Positions 39,200 to 53,700 of a DNA stretch of 64,000 nt are shown piece after piece (positions within the stretch are counted from its first letter, which is position 1; each line of letters opens with the position of its first letter). The position numbers were made by a program, and so were the translations under genes. The notes under the pieces are model-generated. The model was not told the origin of the DNA, made no database searches, and saw nothing but the letters and a program-made list of their open reading frames with translations. Source of the DNA: Bugula neritina (Eukaryota > Animalia > Bryozoa); assembly GCA_964035545.1 (NCBI GenBank), contig OZ037766.1:31858773-31922772 (forward strand), in the 5' to 3' direction.

Positions 39200-42100
39200 A
39201 TGGAGAACTCGGTTGAGTCTTTGAGGGGATCTTCCAACTCTGCTGTCCCGGCAGCTGCTCCAAGGCCAGTAGCTGCACCACGGAGATCTTCTGCATTGTC
39301 TTCAAGAAATTCAGATTTAACCAATAAACCGAAGACAACTCCTAAGCCTAAGCCACCCATCTCTGCTAAGCCAAAGATTCCTCCTCTGAAGCCCTCTGGA
39401 GGAAATGAGTCAACTGCGAGTGCGCCACAGAAAACTCGACCAAAATCTATTAGAATAACAGACGACGAGATCCACGGTAAAGTGGCTAATGAGCTGACCT
39501 CTATTCTTGGTAGACCACGCAGCTCCTCAAAGGGCCTCCTTTCACCAACCTCCTATTCAGTCTCTGACAGCCTTGGAACTAACAAGGAAGATTCCATCAC
39601 ACCAAGTCTGTCACAGCAAGTGCCCCTTACAAGTGCCCCTCCCAAACCCCTGCCCCGAGTGCGCCCCTCTCAAGCCGGCGCTGATGCTGTTAGCCCTGAG
39701 GCTACAAACACGTCTGAGATCTCTTCGCCTGTGCTGCCGGCAGCAATGTCCAGTCCATCTCCGCCAGCCTCCTCTTCTCACGACAGTCAGGGGCAGAGTC
39801 CAAAGAAGCCTAAACCAGCTCGGCCACCCCCTCCTTCTGTGAAACGACCTCCACCCCCAGTTGTGAAACCGACCTTTAAACCAGCTTTACCTGAAACTCC
39901 GACGGTTTCTGTTGCACCAGGTGTGTAGGTTGTTGTATTCTATGTGCACTGTTGTATTAGGTGTACCTCACATTGTATCTAGTGTGTATAACTTTGTATT
40001 GAATATGTATAACATTGTATATAATGTGTCGAGTATGAATGTTTTTCTCTACTCTGTTCAGGCAATATTGTGAAGACAACTCCTGTCGCACGGTCTCCCT
40101 CAACTCTACCCAACAGTGAACAGCAACAGTCGTCTGCTAAAAGGTCAGCAGTAAATGCACCCAATCAATCAGCTTCTTGTAAATCTAACTCCTCTATTTC
40201 ATTTCTATCTCCCACTTAGGATTGTTCAGTCAAATTTCTTGGTTTATTTGATAAAATATTTTCCCTATTAGAAATATTACCAGATTCTTGGGTAGAAAGA
40301 GCTGGTAATTCAACAGATGTGACTAATCACTTTCTATGTAGCACACTTCCTGTTTGTCCGCCATATTATGTGAGCTGTGAGAGGTTCAGATCTACTGAAT
40401 ATTCTTAGCTCAGAGTTGAGTGTGTCAGTAGAAGTAATTTCCCATCATAAAGAGTGGATGTATAATCTAAACTCTAAGGCTAAGCAATGTCTTATTTGTA
40501 TGCTGCCCCCCTATGCTGTAGACTGTAGAGTATCTCTATAGTATACAAGATTAAACTTTTGCTTTCTTATAATACAGAGTATTTTAGATTTCACTGACAA
40601 GTTTTGTCTAATGGAAGGCCTTCAGTAGAGCATAACGACATTTACACTTGCAGTGTTGCTATCATCTATTGGGTATCCATGTCATGGTGCTTACGTCTGC
40701 ATCTGTCATTCTAAATTACTCAGGCGTTAGATTTTATCTGATTTTATTCAAGTTTTTTTTTATTTACTGTGTTTAGCTAGTAACCTCCATTAAGGGTAGT
40801 GTGGTGATGTAATTGTATTTCTATTCGGGTTTTAAAATGATAGAGTGACACTAAAAGTTGGTCACAATTTCAGAATAAATTAACTCATTGCCAATAGTTG
40901 GCCGAATCAGTGTCAGCTACTACCATAACTACTACTACTACTACTACCACAACTACTACTACTACCACTACCATAACTACTACCACAACTACTACCATAA
41001 CTACTACCACAACTACTACCATAACTACTACCACAACTACTACCATAACTACTACTACTATTACAACTACTACCACAACTACTACCAAAATTACTGTCTC
41101 AACTACTACCACTACTACTACCACAACTACTACCACAACTACTACCACTACTACTACTACTATTACTACTACTACCACAGCTACTACCACAACTACTACC
41201 AAAATTACTACCACAACTACTGTCTCAACTTTCGTAATTACGTAAATAGCGTTTGAACAACTATATTATTAGTATCTGCTCTGTATGTAAACTTTCCTAC
41301 AGTAGCTGTATCTACCATTGTGGTTATTACAACTTTATAGGTGGTTGTCTGCTTTAAATACATTCTACATATCCTCTGCATTAATTCTAAGAAATAAAAA
41401 TTTGGTCTGAAATTTTCAGCCAATATAATGCAATTGTGATAGTGTAATGTGATAACGTAGTGTGATTATATATTGTGATAATGCGATATGATAATGTAGA
41501 TATATTCGTTCATAAAGCCCCATATCATTCTAGTCATGTGACAACTAATGTTGGAGTTGTCATACCTAACACTTCTTGTTGATATTTAGAACTTTACAAT
41601 ATTTACAATACGATATTATGCAATATTGATTTTATAATATTTATGATATGAACAAAGTGTTTCAAAAAGTAGATTATTAAAATGTTAATATTGTTCTGGT
41701 ATTTCAAACCCCAACATACAGTCTCACTGTGTAATTAGTGTACTGGAAAGTGTTGGGTCTTGAAATCCTTACAATATAAGAAGTATAGTATGCCATTGCA
41801 AATCGTTTGGCTAAACGTAATGATGCAGTATGACTAGTAGACCTGTTGGTAAAAACAATGGTACAAAACACACTGTGAATGTTGTAATGCTGTGTTATAT
41901 GTTGCCATGATTTTAAGAAATTTTGTATTTTTTAAGGTTTGTCATCTTTCTAACATGTTACATACAAGTTGTTTTTCTACCAAGTGTTGCCACTCTTTGT
42001 AATTTACAAAGTACCTCTAAGTGTAACTATTTTTCCACTATTGCTTTTTACAATGCTCTACTGTTGTAGTTATCATCTCATTGCTGATACATATTATATA

Positions 42101-45100
42101 TATTAGCTGTAATTATTGTAGCCTGGGAGTGTTGGGTAAGATATCTAAGGGCTCTGTTGTCAATGTACTCAGTCTAGGCTTATAGTATCCAGTTATAGTG
42201 CATTATAGTATATTGTGATTTATCCCCTCTCTCTGTGATATGTTATACATACTAGATACACTTTCTCTGATGTTAATACTTCCTTAGAAATATTGTTGTG
42301 TACTAAACTCTGAGTATTTTGAGATGCTGCCTGCTCAACTTCCTGTCAGCATGCACTGAGCAGCACTCACTAACTGTAGAGCTGGGAGTTATCATGCCTT
42401 GTATCCTCGTGTGTATGAATGAGAGAGGGGGGGGGTAAGGAGATGCCCGATGCATGTAGCTCTCTACTTAGTACTCTCATGCTATTACATGGCGTGTTGA
42501 TGAAGGCATTGATTACTCAAGTGGCACTTGTTCCCAGCTCCTGTGAAATGTCTTCTTATCGTCTTAGCATGACTTCTACCAGTCCATACATATGTGTAGT
42601 ATCATGCTGACATGTGTACAGGATATCTATTTGTATGTTTGCTGCCATAGGTAATGATTCCCTGCGATAAGCTGCATGTTGCGTGCTATCACAAGCTTTC
42701 AATACTGCTAGGATGTTTTCATCAATATTTTATATACAGTGTTGAACACAAGTAGCTGTGCTCCGTTTCATTGATTTATTTTGTGTACAAGTAAAGCTGC
42801 CACTTACGCTGACTTGGCTAGTAACAGACAGACATGTTTTCTACGATGAAAGGTTTTAATTACAGGAGACTGGAGATCACAGTTCTGGGTGCTCGTCCTA
42901 TGAGCGAGGTGGGGTTCAGAGATGTGAAAATTCCACCTTCAGTGACCAGTACTAACACTACTAGTCCAGTGGGCACTGAGAGTAGCACTGTGAGTAGTAC
43001 TGAGAGTATAGTGAGTAGTAAACGTAACACTGTGAGTAATACTAGTAGTATAGTAGCACTGTGTGTAGTACTGGTAATATATACAGTACTACTAGTAATA
43101 TATACAGTACTAATAGTAATATATACAGTAATACTAGTAATACATCCAGTACTAATAGTAATATATCTGGTATTAATAGTAGTACCAGAAGCATTAGACT
43201 TTAGAGGTGACTTCCTAGTATCTGAGTTTAAAAATAGAGCTGCAAAGCTGGAAAGGTAAATAAATAGCACATATACTATAGTAAGTAGCACAGTGTGTAC
43301 TAAATAGCACATATACTATAGTAAGTAGCACAATGTGTACTAAATAGCACATATACTATAGTAAGTAGCACAATGTGTACTAAATAGCACATATACTATA
43401 GCACAGTGTGTGCTGATTTGTACGTACAGTAGATTTACAGCTACAATGGACAAGAGGGGTGAGGGGGGTTGGAAAGGGTTACTGCTTTCCTAAGAAAGAC
43501 CAGTGACAGTCTATGAGTATTTATTGGCCACCATAGCATGGTGATCAGGTTTAGACTGAGAGTGCAACATTCATAGTAAAGTTGCATGGTAAATCTCACT
43601 AGTATAGCTGGTAGAGCACAGGCTGTGCAAATGTAATTTTATTATTTAATTTCCTAGTCCTTGCGTCAGCCGATGTTTTCTAGCAATTTCCAGAACCGCC
43701 CACGGCAAATATCAGTATAGTGCTGCAAATATCATGTACTGTACCGTTCATGTCACCTTCCTAATGAAATAATACCAAATTAATTCAATTATTTGGTGAC
43801 TTGTGATCTCGAAAAGCTGTCAGTGAAATCAATACTTCACTGGCGGGAATGTCTCGTCAGCGAGTTTGGAAGCAAGTTCACAATGCTGCCTTAATGTTGT
43901 TTTTAGTAACACGTATGAGTCATGCCAATGAAAACTTGGGCATCGACCCATTTCCGTACTTTTATAATGAATAAAATCATTAAGAGTGATTCATAATCAG
44001 TTGGTTGGTAGTCTATTGCTGTTACTTGAAGTTAATACTTTGTTCTAAGGGTAAGGTGCTATTCCACTGTGAATGTTATGGTGGGCAGCAGTATTTCATC
44101 ATAAGCTTTGGTTTCAGTCATTAAGTTGAGTCACTAAAATCGATAAACAATCAAACAAATGATACAAAAGAGGACAACATAGTGTAGTTTATAGAAGGGT
44201 GATAGTAGTTAGAGATATCCCCCTGGGAGGGTAGTTTTAATTATATCCGTCTGCTTCAACATACAACTACCAGACCAACCATCTAAACACAAGTGTACGA
44301 GTTCCGTGGCCTAACTTCTCACTCTGATTAAATATTTAGATTATTCAAATTTCAATCTCATAGTTTTGGGCTCAAAAGTTTGTTCTGCAAATTCCTTGAT
44401 GCATTCAGCTGTGCAGGGTTATATCTCTATACTCATACGTGACCTGCGTCAGGTTTATGATTTATTTAGTAGAATAAGACTAACATTATGTCATGTAACT
44501 TGGTAGAATTTATCTGACTGCCAGGCATGATGGCTATGTTTACATTACGAGCTGTAAATTCATCATATTCATGGCTTCTGATGTTGGCAGAATTTGCAGA
44601 CGCATTGCCAGTATTCAGTTACTTTATGTTAAGTAATTTTTAAAAATGGTTTGTTTGAAAGCTTGTTTATGGTTTGTCAACTCTTTCAAATCAATTCAAA
44701 TCAACATTAGATTGAAAACTAAACTCTAAACATAAACATGCTTGAAGCTGTAAGAACTACATTTGGTTATGGATATACTTAGACTTTGTTAATGTATGTC
44801 TGCTGTAAACTATTAATATATTTAATTGGTATGTTCAACACATCTGAACAAGAGTAAGCTATAATACATTCTATTGAATAGCATTGTCTGTCTGGTCTAC
44901 TAGTATGTATTGACATCAATGCTGTTATGTTTTAGACAAGTAATATTCACATTGAGAGTCAGGAAGCACCCACAGCACCCCCTCCTCATCCGCCCCTTTC
45001 TACAGATGAGTCATCATCTCACGGTCAGTTCTAGAATCTTCTTCTCTAATAGATTTCACAGTAAGCTGCTGATTGGGTGGTGGTCTTTCAGGAAGTGATG

Positions 45101-48100
45101 TCATATTTCTGGTTAATAATTGTATTCATCAATAACTCCTGTACTGGGTCGGTAGCAAAGCTTTTTTAGCATTGAAACTGTATCTTCTCCATAACAGTAT
45201 ACTGTGAGCACAACCCAGGGGGCCAGAGCTTCCAGGGAAACCTGAGAATTTTGACACCAGAAAATCGTTGACATGCTAATTCAGAAATTTACTCTTTACA
45301 AGAAATGATGGAGTCTCAGGGTGGCTGTTAGAACAAAAATAAGTGTATGGCTGTTTGAATAGTGAGTGGAATGGTTGTTTGCTGTCAGAGGTTTGCTGTC
45401 AGGGGTTTGCTGTCAGGGGTTTGCTGTCAGGGGTTTGCTGTCAGGGGTTTGCTGTCAGGGGTGTTTCAATACGAAAAGTTGAGTTTGCTGATGTTTGGAC
45501 ACAATCTTCAGTACCTGCAAAGTGAATGTATGGAACTGCTGGCCAACAGCGTATTAATACAGATACTGTTACTACTGTTAGTGTGTATCTTCACAGGTGC
45601 AGCTAACACTCCTAACAGCGTTACTTCTAAAACACGCAGGAAACCGACTATTATAAGACCCTCCAGGCCGGCTACAACCCCGCCCACAGATTCACCCGCT
45701 CTTGCGTCTAAAGAGGTAATATACAGTGTCTTCCTAGCAACGTAGTGGTGGTGGTATGATTCATGCTGGCTATACACAACCAACCAATCAGATGCTAGCT
45801 GGAACTCGTGTCTTCTGCTAATTGACATTGCTATGCTACATCTCTATTCACTTTACTGTTACTAAGTTCACTGAACTCTACGTAAGCATTACTCTACATT
45901 TCATACTGAACAGGCAATCATCTGAAAGTGCCTTGTTATATAGTGTCTGTCTGTTCGGTTGTGCTAGCATTTGATTGGTTGGTTTTGCTCCAGATATCCT
46001 ATTGGAAGATAGAAGGAATTTCACTGAGTTTAATTCAGTTATGATTCAATTTTGCTCAGCTGTCTCTAGTTTATTCCGGGTAAGCAGAGAGAGTGCTGCT
46101 ACTACTGCTACTGCTAAACAACCAGGCTGTATATTTGGTTGTGTTGTTGCAGCCAACTCTTCCATCAAACAAACTTCCCCTCACTTTACCTCTAACTGAC
46201 TTTAACACTCACACTAACTCCTCTCTCACCATGTCAGCCGTCGCTCCGGTGTCTCCCCGTAGGAGAACACCGCCTCAAACACTTCACCTCAAAAAAGATC
46301 CCTGGAACCAGATAGTGAAGGTATGAACAGTGTTGTACAGCTGGCGCTTGGAGACAGTTTGTCTGTCTGTCTGTCTGTTCTCTCTATCTATATGCACTCT
46401 GTATGTACTCTGTATGTACTCTATGCATCTGTAAAAGTTTACAGGTTTGTTCACATTTTGATGTTGTCTACCTGCATGTCTACACTCAGTCTAACCCTTC
46501 CTTTCACCCCATCATGTAATATTTTACTACAAGCTGTGTTTAGGCAACTTTCAGTTTTACGCTTAGCCTCTATTCTTACCAGGCAACTATTGGTGGGCAT
46601 TCCCCTGCTCCTCCGTAATTTTGTTGGGACTGCTGCTGTTGCTGCAGTTGTTTATAGCTTCTGATTTCGATAATCAGTTATTGGCAATTACTTTAGTAAT
46701 GCTTTTGTTAGACTAAGGTTTGTGCAGATCAACTAACCAGTAGGGACTCCTCTCAGTGTGTCCCGCGTTGTGTCCTCAGCTGAGATTACTATTCCTACTC
46801 TGGGCTTAAGCTAAAATACGATGCAATCCAGTGTTGATTGTTTTGCAATGCTATAATTTCATTTGCTTGTTTACAGGGTCCCGGGCCAATAGATAACTTA
46901 GCTTTTAGCACAGGCGATACGCCACCTCCCAAGTCTCAGCGTGTACCGGCCCTCCCCGTATCAGTTAATGCGGTGAGTAGAACTTTAGCTCTGGTGTTGG
47001 TTGCTTTTCTTATCCAGATGGTCTGCTTATTTCTGTATATCTTAAGTGACAGAGTTGCTGTGATCTAAAGTATTTTAAGCTGATTAGTTTCAATTTGGAA
47101 CATGATTTATAGTAACTTGTCTTATGCAATAGTCTTTTGTCATTTCATGATCAGTTAAAAATTAAATTATTTAATTGGACAGTTGAAAAAATATACTTAA
47201 TTGACCAAAAGACTCGAATTTTTATTAATTTTTGTCATAATGGCAATTAGTTTACAATTTATCATAAATTGGAATAATTTACTTGAAGATTTTTACCATT
47301 TACAAACTCAGTTGAAATTAGATTGTTGGAGTTGTCTCTCTCTCTCAAGTGCATTCACTGCAGCCAATTAGAAGTGTCCATTGACTATAAATATTTTACA
47401 ATGCTTTAGCAAGTGGCCCAGCCACAAATTAAAATACCAATAAGTTTCATGAATAGAATTATGATGAAGGCATTGAGCAGGGTTTCCATCATACTGAGGG
47501 TGTGTAGATTATCATTTCTTCTCCTTTGTGTAAACTTACTTGTGTTATTCTACTAGAATGAGTCGAAGCCTGTCAGTCACAAGTCTAATGACCCAACTCA
47601 ACGTCCTGTGGATATTAGCTCCAGCAACTCTGGCCTAACTGGTAAGACTGATGACCACCTCATGGACCAATCAGCAAGAGCTACACATTTGCTGAAGTCG
47701 CAGGTAAACTCTGAGCCAGAGGAGTCACCTGCGGACATGTTTTATCAGACTAGCGGGGGTCACAGTGAGAGTGCGGCGGTGAGCAAACCGTCAGCTCTGC
47801 AGAGAATATACGGCTACAAGAAGGCCAGAGAGGAACAACAACCTCAGAAGTACAAACACAGACCCGACTGCTATATAGACAAACCTAACAATGACTCCAA
47901 CTTCTGGAAACCTGGAGGCCCTGAGACTGAGACGGGTCGGTCTACGACCACCCCTAACAAAGCACCAAACTCTTCAGGTAATCAGTTTAGGTTCTGGAGT
48001 CAGTGAGAAACCGATGGATGTAAAACTTCGTAAGGAATTAGTTTTAGGTTCTTCAGTACATTTTGAATTGTATGGAGCTTTTAGGTTGGGCAACACTTTT

Positions 48101-49847
48101 ATTCTTTGTTGGCTGCTGCAGGTTGGTACAACATCTAACTTTATTTGTACATTCTCATGTTTTGATATTTGTTGTCATTTTTTGTAGCTAATGGTTCCAC
48201 ATCTGTGAAATTTATTGAGAAAAAGGTAAGTAATATGCATATATCCATATAATACACATATACATATTATAGAGTGAGTTAGGGACCTAATATTTCCTCT
48301 TCTCTCAGAAGTTATTGGTAGTCTGTTGAATTCAGACATCTTTATATGCAGCGCTCTGGGAAATGCTTAGCCAAGTATACTTTTGCTGGAGAGACGAAAA
48401 TGGATTTAGAGTTTAAAGAAGGAGACACGATAGAGCTGTTAGAAAAGGTGGATGCTGATTGGTTTAGAGGAAAGATAGGGCAGAAAGAAGGTACAGTCTC
48501 ATATATACTAAGTCGTCATGCTGTCATTGCTGTGTGACACGTTGTATCATATGCAATGAATTGTTCGTGATTGCCTCTTGTGACACTTTGCCAATAATAA
48601 TTGTATGTAATAATGCACAATATTTCCTATAGAAATAAATACCCGAGCGGAAACAACAGGAAATGTCCTTGATGGTAAAACTGTATAATGTTATTTCAGG
48701 GCTCTTTCCTGCAGCATATGTTGAGATTATAGAAGACATCGTGGAGAGCGCGATTCCTGCTAAGGTATGAAACTGTGAGCAATTTATGGTCGTAATTCAT
48801 TATGACATCTCTAAAAGTTGAGACACTCGTTTTTACTAATCCTAGTCATGAAATGTAGAGGTCATGGTTCACTGAACACTTCTACAACCAGATTCTGGAG
48901 GAGGCAATTTCTACTTTAAACAGTTTTATTAGATTTAGATGAGAATTCGGCCATATTTACGTAATTTCAAGTTGATGAGTTGTTTGAGAGTCTGAGATAA
49001 CGTACATTGGCTTGTAGGCTGAGAACCCAGGTGCTATCACAGCCCTAGTAGCGTTTGACTTTAAGGGCAGTAAACCGGGAGATCTGAGTCTAAAGGGAGG
49101 TCAGGAGGTCATTATCTTGAGTAAAGTTGACTCTCAGTGGTTGTATGGTGAAGTTGACGGGAAGAGGGGAGTCTTTCCTTCTCTCTACGCATCAATTGCT
49201 GATGGTGAGTGGCAGACTAGACGTAATATTTATATTATATTCTGTTTTATTATATTTATATTGTTATATTATGTTGCATTTATATTATATCATGCTATGT
49301 TGTATTTATGTTATGTTGTATTCATATTACTTTATATTATATTTTATTCAGCGCCTATTATTGTATAATGTGTTGGAAATGTCATTACTTTTTTTCTGCC
49401 ATGGAATATGACAGAGTTGACAGAGGGAAAACAATTCTAAATTTGTGTACATCAATTCTTAATCTGTTTAAAAATATTGCAGAAGAGATTGAAGAGTTGC
49501 CAATACATAAAGTTAGTCCTACAGCAGCTAAAGAGAATGGCAGTAAAGATGGGGTGGTGTGGGCTACGGCCCTCTATGATTTCACGGCTGAGAATGACTC
49601 TGAACTGTCTTTGAAGGTGAGTGAACTACTAGCTAGAGAGGGCCTAAGGCTACTGATAGAAATATGAAGGGTTACAGTAGCCACTGTAGATGTCAAAGTA
49701 GTAAAGATTTGTATGTATTTAAAGGCAGGTGACAGCGTGAAAGTGACAGTTTCTGAGGATGAATGGTCTACCGGAGAGAAAGATGGAAGGATTGGTCTCT
49801 TCCCCACCAATTTTGTTCAGTTGAATGAGCCTCAGGCTAGTCATTAA
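39200..49847 (+). CDS. Proline-rich adaptor with three C-terminal SH3 domains (SH3D19/Eve1-like); exons 39200-39920, 40062-40143, 42866-42989, 44936-45023, 45597-45715, 46153-46320, 46877-46972, 47557-47977, 48188-48225, 48352-48490, 48700-48764, 49018-49204, 49483-49616, 49725-49847
   Basis: PxxP-rich N-terminus and an RKPTIIR motif. SH3 cores are AKYTF..DLEFKEGD..DWFRG..GLFPAAYV; VAFDF..DLSLKGG..QWLYG..GVFPSLY; ALYDF..ELSLKAGD..EWSTG..GLFPTNFV. Phases are consistent, but the middle exons are tentative and orthology is not established. Confidence 0.8.
40917..41228. repeat. Compound ACT/ACC/ACA trinucleotide repeat in an intron of the SH3 gene (similar low-complexity tracts at 56760-56850 and 57620-57790)
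   Basis: Directly visible; it produces poly-Thr, poly-Tyr and poly-Val ORFs in different frames. Confidence 0.9.
43050..43410. repeat. Intronic 21-bp repeats (about 43050-43180) and 40-bp repeats (about 43260-43410)
   Basis: Units actagtaatatatacagtact and taaatagcacatatactatagtaagtagcacaatgtgtac. Confidence 0.85.
45376..45461. repeat. 14-bp tandem repeat, about 6 copies
   Basis: Unit ggtttgctgtcagg. Confidence 0.9.
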
Positions 49848-50770
49848 GAAGGTGAAGGTCGTCTAGTCTCGAGGTAACAATGTCACATGGTACTGTAGAC
49901 TAGACGCAGTCTAGTTGGTTCTATTGTATGCAACACGCTACTCATTGTTTCGCCAACTATGAGTGGCTTTTCAAATGCACCACATAATCTGATTGGTTGA
50001 CTCTCTCAGTAGTTATTCTCAGTGCAATCTGTTCTTTAATACTCTTATAATGTCTAGTGCTAAGTATTATTTCATAAAGACAAGTATTTTTTATAAAAAT
50101 CTCATTTCTTCATATCCTTTTCCAATAATGTGATTTTATTTACTGTAAAAGTTAAAGTTGCAAATGTAGTTACTTATAATGCATTCCATAAATGTAGTTT
50201 GTTATAGTCAAGTATTTTTCCAATTTAGCTTAACACATAGATTTCATGTTTTCAATTTCCGTATCTTTATTTTCAGATTCCTTTTCTAATTTAATTTGTG
50301 ATGAATTTAATGTTGATCTTACTGCACATTGATATGGAAATGCTGTTAGTTGAAAAATACCAGTAAATGTAGAAGTTTCCCTTTATACTATGTCTGTGTA
50401 TATAAACACAATGCCACTAGCTGTGATTGGTGGAAACACAATGTCACCAGTTGTGATTGGTGGAAATGTTGCTCAATACTTCTTGAATTGATTATTTATA
50501 ATTATAATAATAAACTGTTATAATTTCAAACATTGACATTCTTCCCAGCTGCCAGGAAATATAAGTTTATTACATAAGACACAAACTATACATACAGTAG
50601 GTACATGGAGGAGTATATTATGTTCACTGTATTATTACACATTACTTCTCACTAACTCAGTAACTCTTACACTGTTGTCCACATCTCCTCATTGAAGCAG
50701 CAACTCCACTCTGGTAGACATTATTTACATAGATGAGTTTACAGAGAAGGGTGGGGGGGGTAGGGGTCCC

Positions 50771-53700
50771 TCAAAGAACTTCAGTCAAGGCAGGGAACGG
50801 CTCTTGCTTGCTAACAACTACTGTTCTATGTGCATGGGATATGTAGCCCTTCACTTTACCCTGAAACATTAACAACCCAGAAACTATCATAACAATTCTC
50901 TCTAGTATAGCAATTAGTAGTTGCTACTTGGGACAGGAAATTCTTTTCCACTTGAGACATGATGCTACAGAAAACAAGTTATATATTATTTTCATATATT
51001 TTAAAAGAAATGAAAATAATTGAGTGTGCTATATTGGAATGTGGAGTATAATGTTTTCTACAAACCACCACAAAAGTATTTCATTTTTAGTCAACAATGT
51101 GTATTACATAGTTATTCTACAGAAATACTATTTTTGCATTATTTTCTAAAATATAATGAAATTATTGCAAAACTATTGCAATTTATTCAACTCAATGACT
51201 AAACTTATAATATAACGTATATAATATAACATATATACTACAGCAGATATACTGTGTCCATACCTCATATATTAGATTTGCTATGATACACTCTGCCTCG
51301 TCTAAGTCTATCCCTTCGTATCGCATCAACTGTAGTGCCGAGACAAACGTTCCAACAGGAAGCTGGTGAGTCTTCATGAGCAGCCATCTTTAATGTACAT
51401 AAAATACAGTGATTGGCAACTAGCAATGTAAAATATAGTGATTGGCAACTAGCAATGTAACTAGCAATGTAAAATACAGTGATTGGCAACTAGCAATGTA
51501 AAATGTTATATATGTTTCCCTAAATCTGCATCTGTTTAAAATTAATTGCATACCAATTCAAGCTTTCAAATGCCATCAGTTTTTCATTTGAATTGTAATG
51601 ATGAGAGGAAAACTCTGTTGTAGCCGCTAGGTTTACGCAATCCTAGCTCTAACAGAATTCACTCAATCAAACAGTAACTAGCTATTCAAAGATGAATGTA
51701 GTTTAAACCAGAAAAGTTCCAATATCATAAAATATTTTAAGAAAATAGGAGACACGAGTGCAGCAAGTTATGAAAAGATATTAATGTTGTCACAGACTTA
51801 GCAGTGAGCCAGGTAAGAGAGATATGGCTGAAGACATCGAGTAACTCACATTTTCTTGAAGAGGTTTCTGTACGTAATGACCTTCAACTTCTCGAGGATC
51901 AGATAAACTCCCGACTTAATGAAGAAGAGTTCGTGGGTCTGAAGAGCCTCGTTGAGTTTGAGCAAGTTGCCACATCGAACGGCATCAGCTACGTCAGCAA
52001 ACTGCATCAGGTCGTACTTTCTCAAGACCTCACGGGATGGCAGCCGCCCCTGTTCACAGAAATGTACACTTAATAGGTGTATATGTGTCTATTTGGGAGT
52101 TGTCCCTGTTGACGAACATGTAGTGAAAATTGTACATGCATTTCAGTGTATCCAAGTTAGAGGAAATTAGACTGTTGTCATGGCAACATAGGACAGCGAG
52201 ATACGTAGCTATATATCACAGCATGTGATAACACTATAAAGAAAATATTTACCAAGTAGCTGTGGGACAGACAACTTCTAGAAATATCTTTATAAAGTAT
52301 ATATGAATATCACTAGTGACAACTGATGAAATCATCATCGCATACTATTGTTACTATAACAATACGTCACGGTATTTGGTAAACGCACCGTAAGCATCTT
52401 GACAGGAATAAGTGAAATGAGTATAAGCTTTTTGTTGGCTTTGGATGACCTGTGGCATCTCTCGAAGGCAAAGGTCAAATACTCATCCGCTGACTTGAAG
52501 TCATTCTCAAACATTGACTTCCTTCCAACATAATACCTACAAGATAACATAATACCTACAGGATAACATAATACAAGATAACATAATACCTACAAGATAA
52601 CATAATACCTACAAGATAACATAATACCTACAAGATAACATAATACCTACAAGATAACATAATACAAGATAACATAATACCTACAGGATAACATAATACA
52701 AGATAACATAATACCTACAGGATAACATAATACCTACAAGATAACATAATACCTACAAGATAACATAATACCTACAAGATAACATAATACCTACAAGATA
52801 ACATAATACCTACAGGATAACATAATACAAGATAACATAATACCTACAGGATAACATAATACCTACAAGATAACATAATACCTACAGGATAACATAATAC
52901 CTACAGGATAACATAATACCTACAGGATAACATAATACCTACAAGATAACATAATACCTACAAGATAACATAATACCTACAGGATAACATAATACAAGAT
53001 AACATAATACCTACAGGATAACATAACACCTACAAGATAACATAATACCTACAAGATAACATAATACCTACAAGATAACATAATACCTACAAGATAACAT
53101 AATACCTACAGGATAACATAATACAAGATAACATAATACCTACAGGATAACATAATACCTACAAGATAACATAATACCTACAAGATAACATAATACCTAC
53201 AAGATAACATAATACCTACAGGATAACATAATACCTACAGGATAACATAATACAAGATAACATAATACCTACAGGATAACATAATACCTACAAGATAACA
53301 AAAGCACACTAATAACCACTCACCTGTGTGTTACTAGTTACCTGTGTGTTACTAGTAACTTACCTGTAAGTGACAAGCTGTGATAAGGAGAACCTGTCTT
53401 TGATAGTCAGACTGTCTATGGCCCTAATGAGTGGTTTACACAGGTGAAGTTTGTTGATCTGCAAACACAGCATAAAGAATTGCAGGGTCTAGAAGCTTCT
53501 ACAGTGCAATTATTTGCGCTAAATTCAATTTTCACAAAAATTTTAAATGTTTTTCTAGTTTTATTAATTATATGCCAATGGTAGTATCTCAAAGTTTCAC
53601 ATCAATTTGTTCTGAACAAAACCCAATTCTAATACGAGCTTGTAGTCCTGGTATAAGCAAGTAGCTCTAATGCGTATGTTATAAATGTATATTGGCAGAT

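Noticed and set aside
40885-41256. Poly-Thr mucin-like, poly-Tyr and poly-Val ORFs
   Set aside because: This is a trinucleotide repeat open in several frames. I found no convincing phase-compatible acceptor/donor pair, and the SH3 gene splices consistently without it. A rare alternative exon is not fully excluded.
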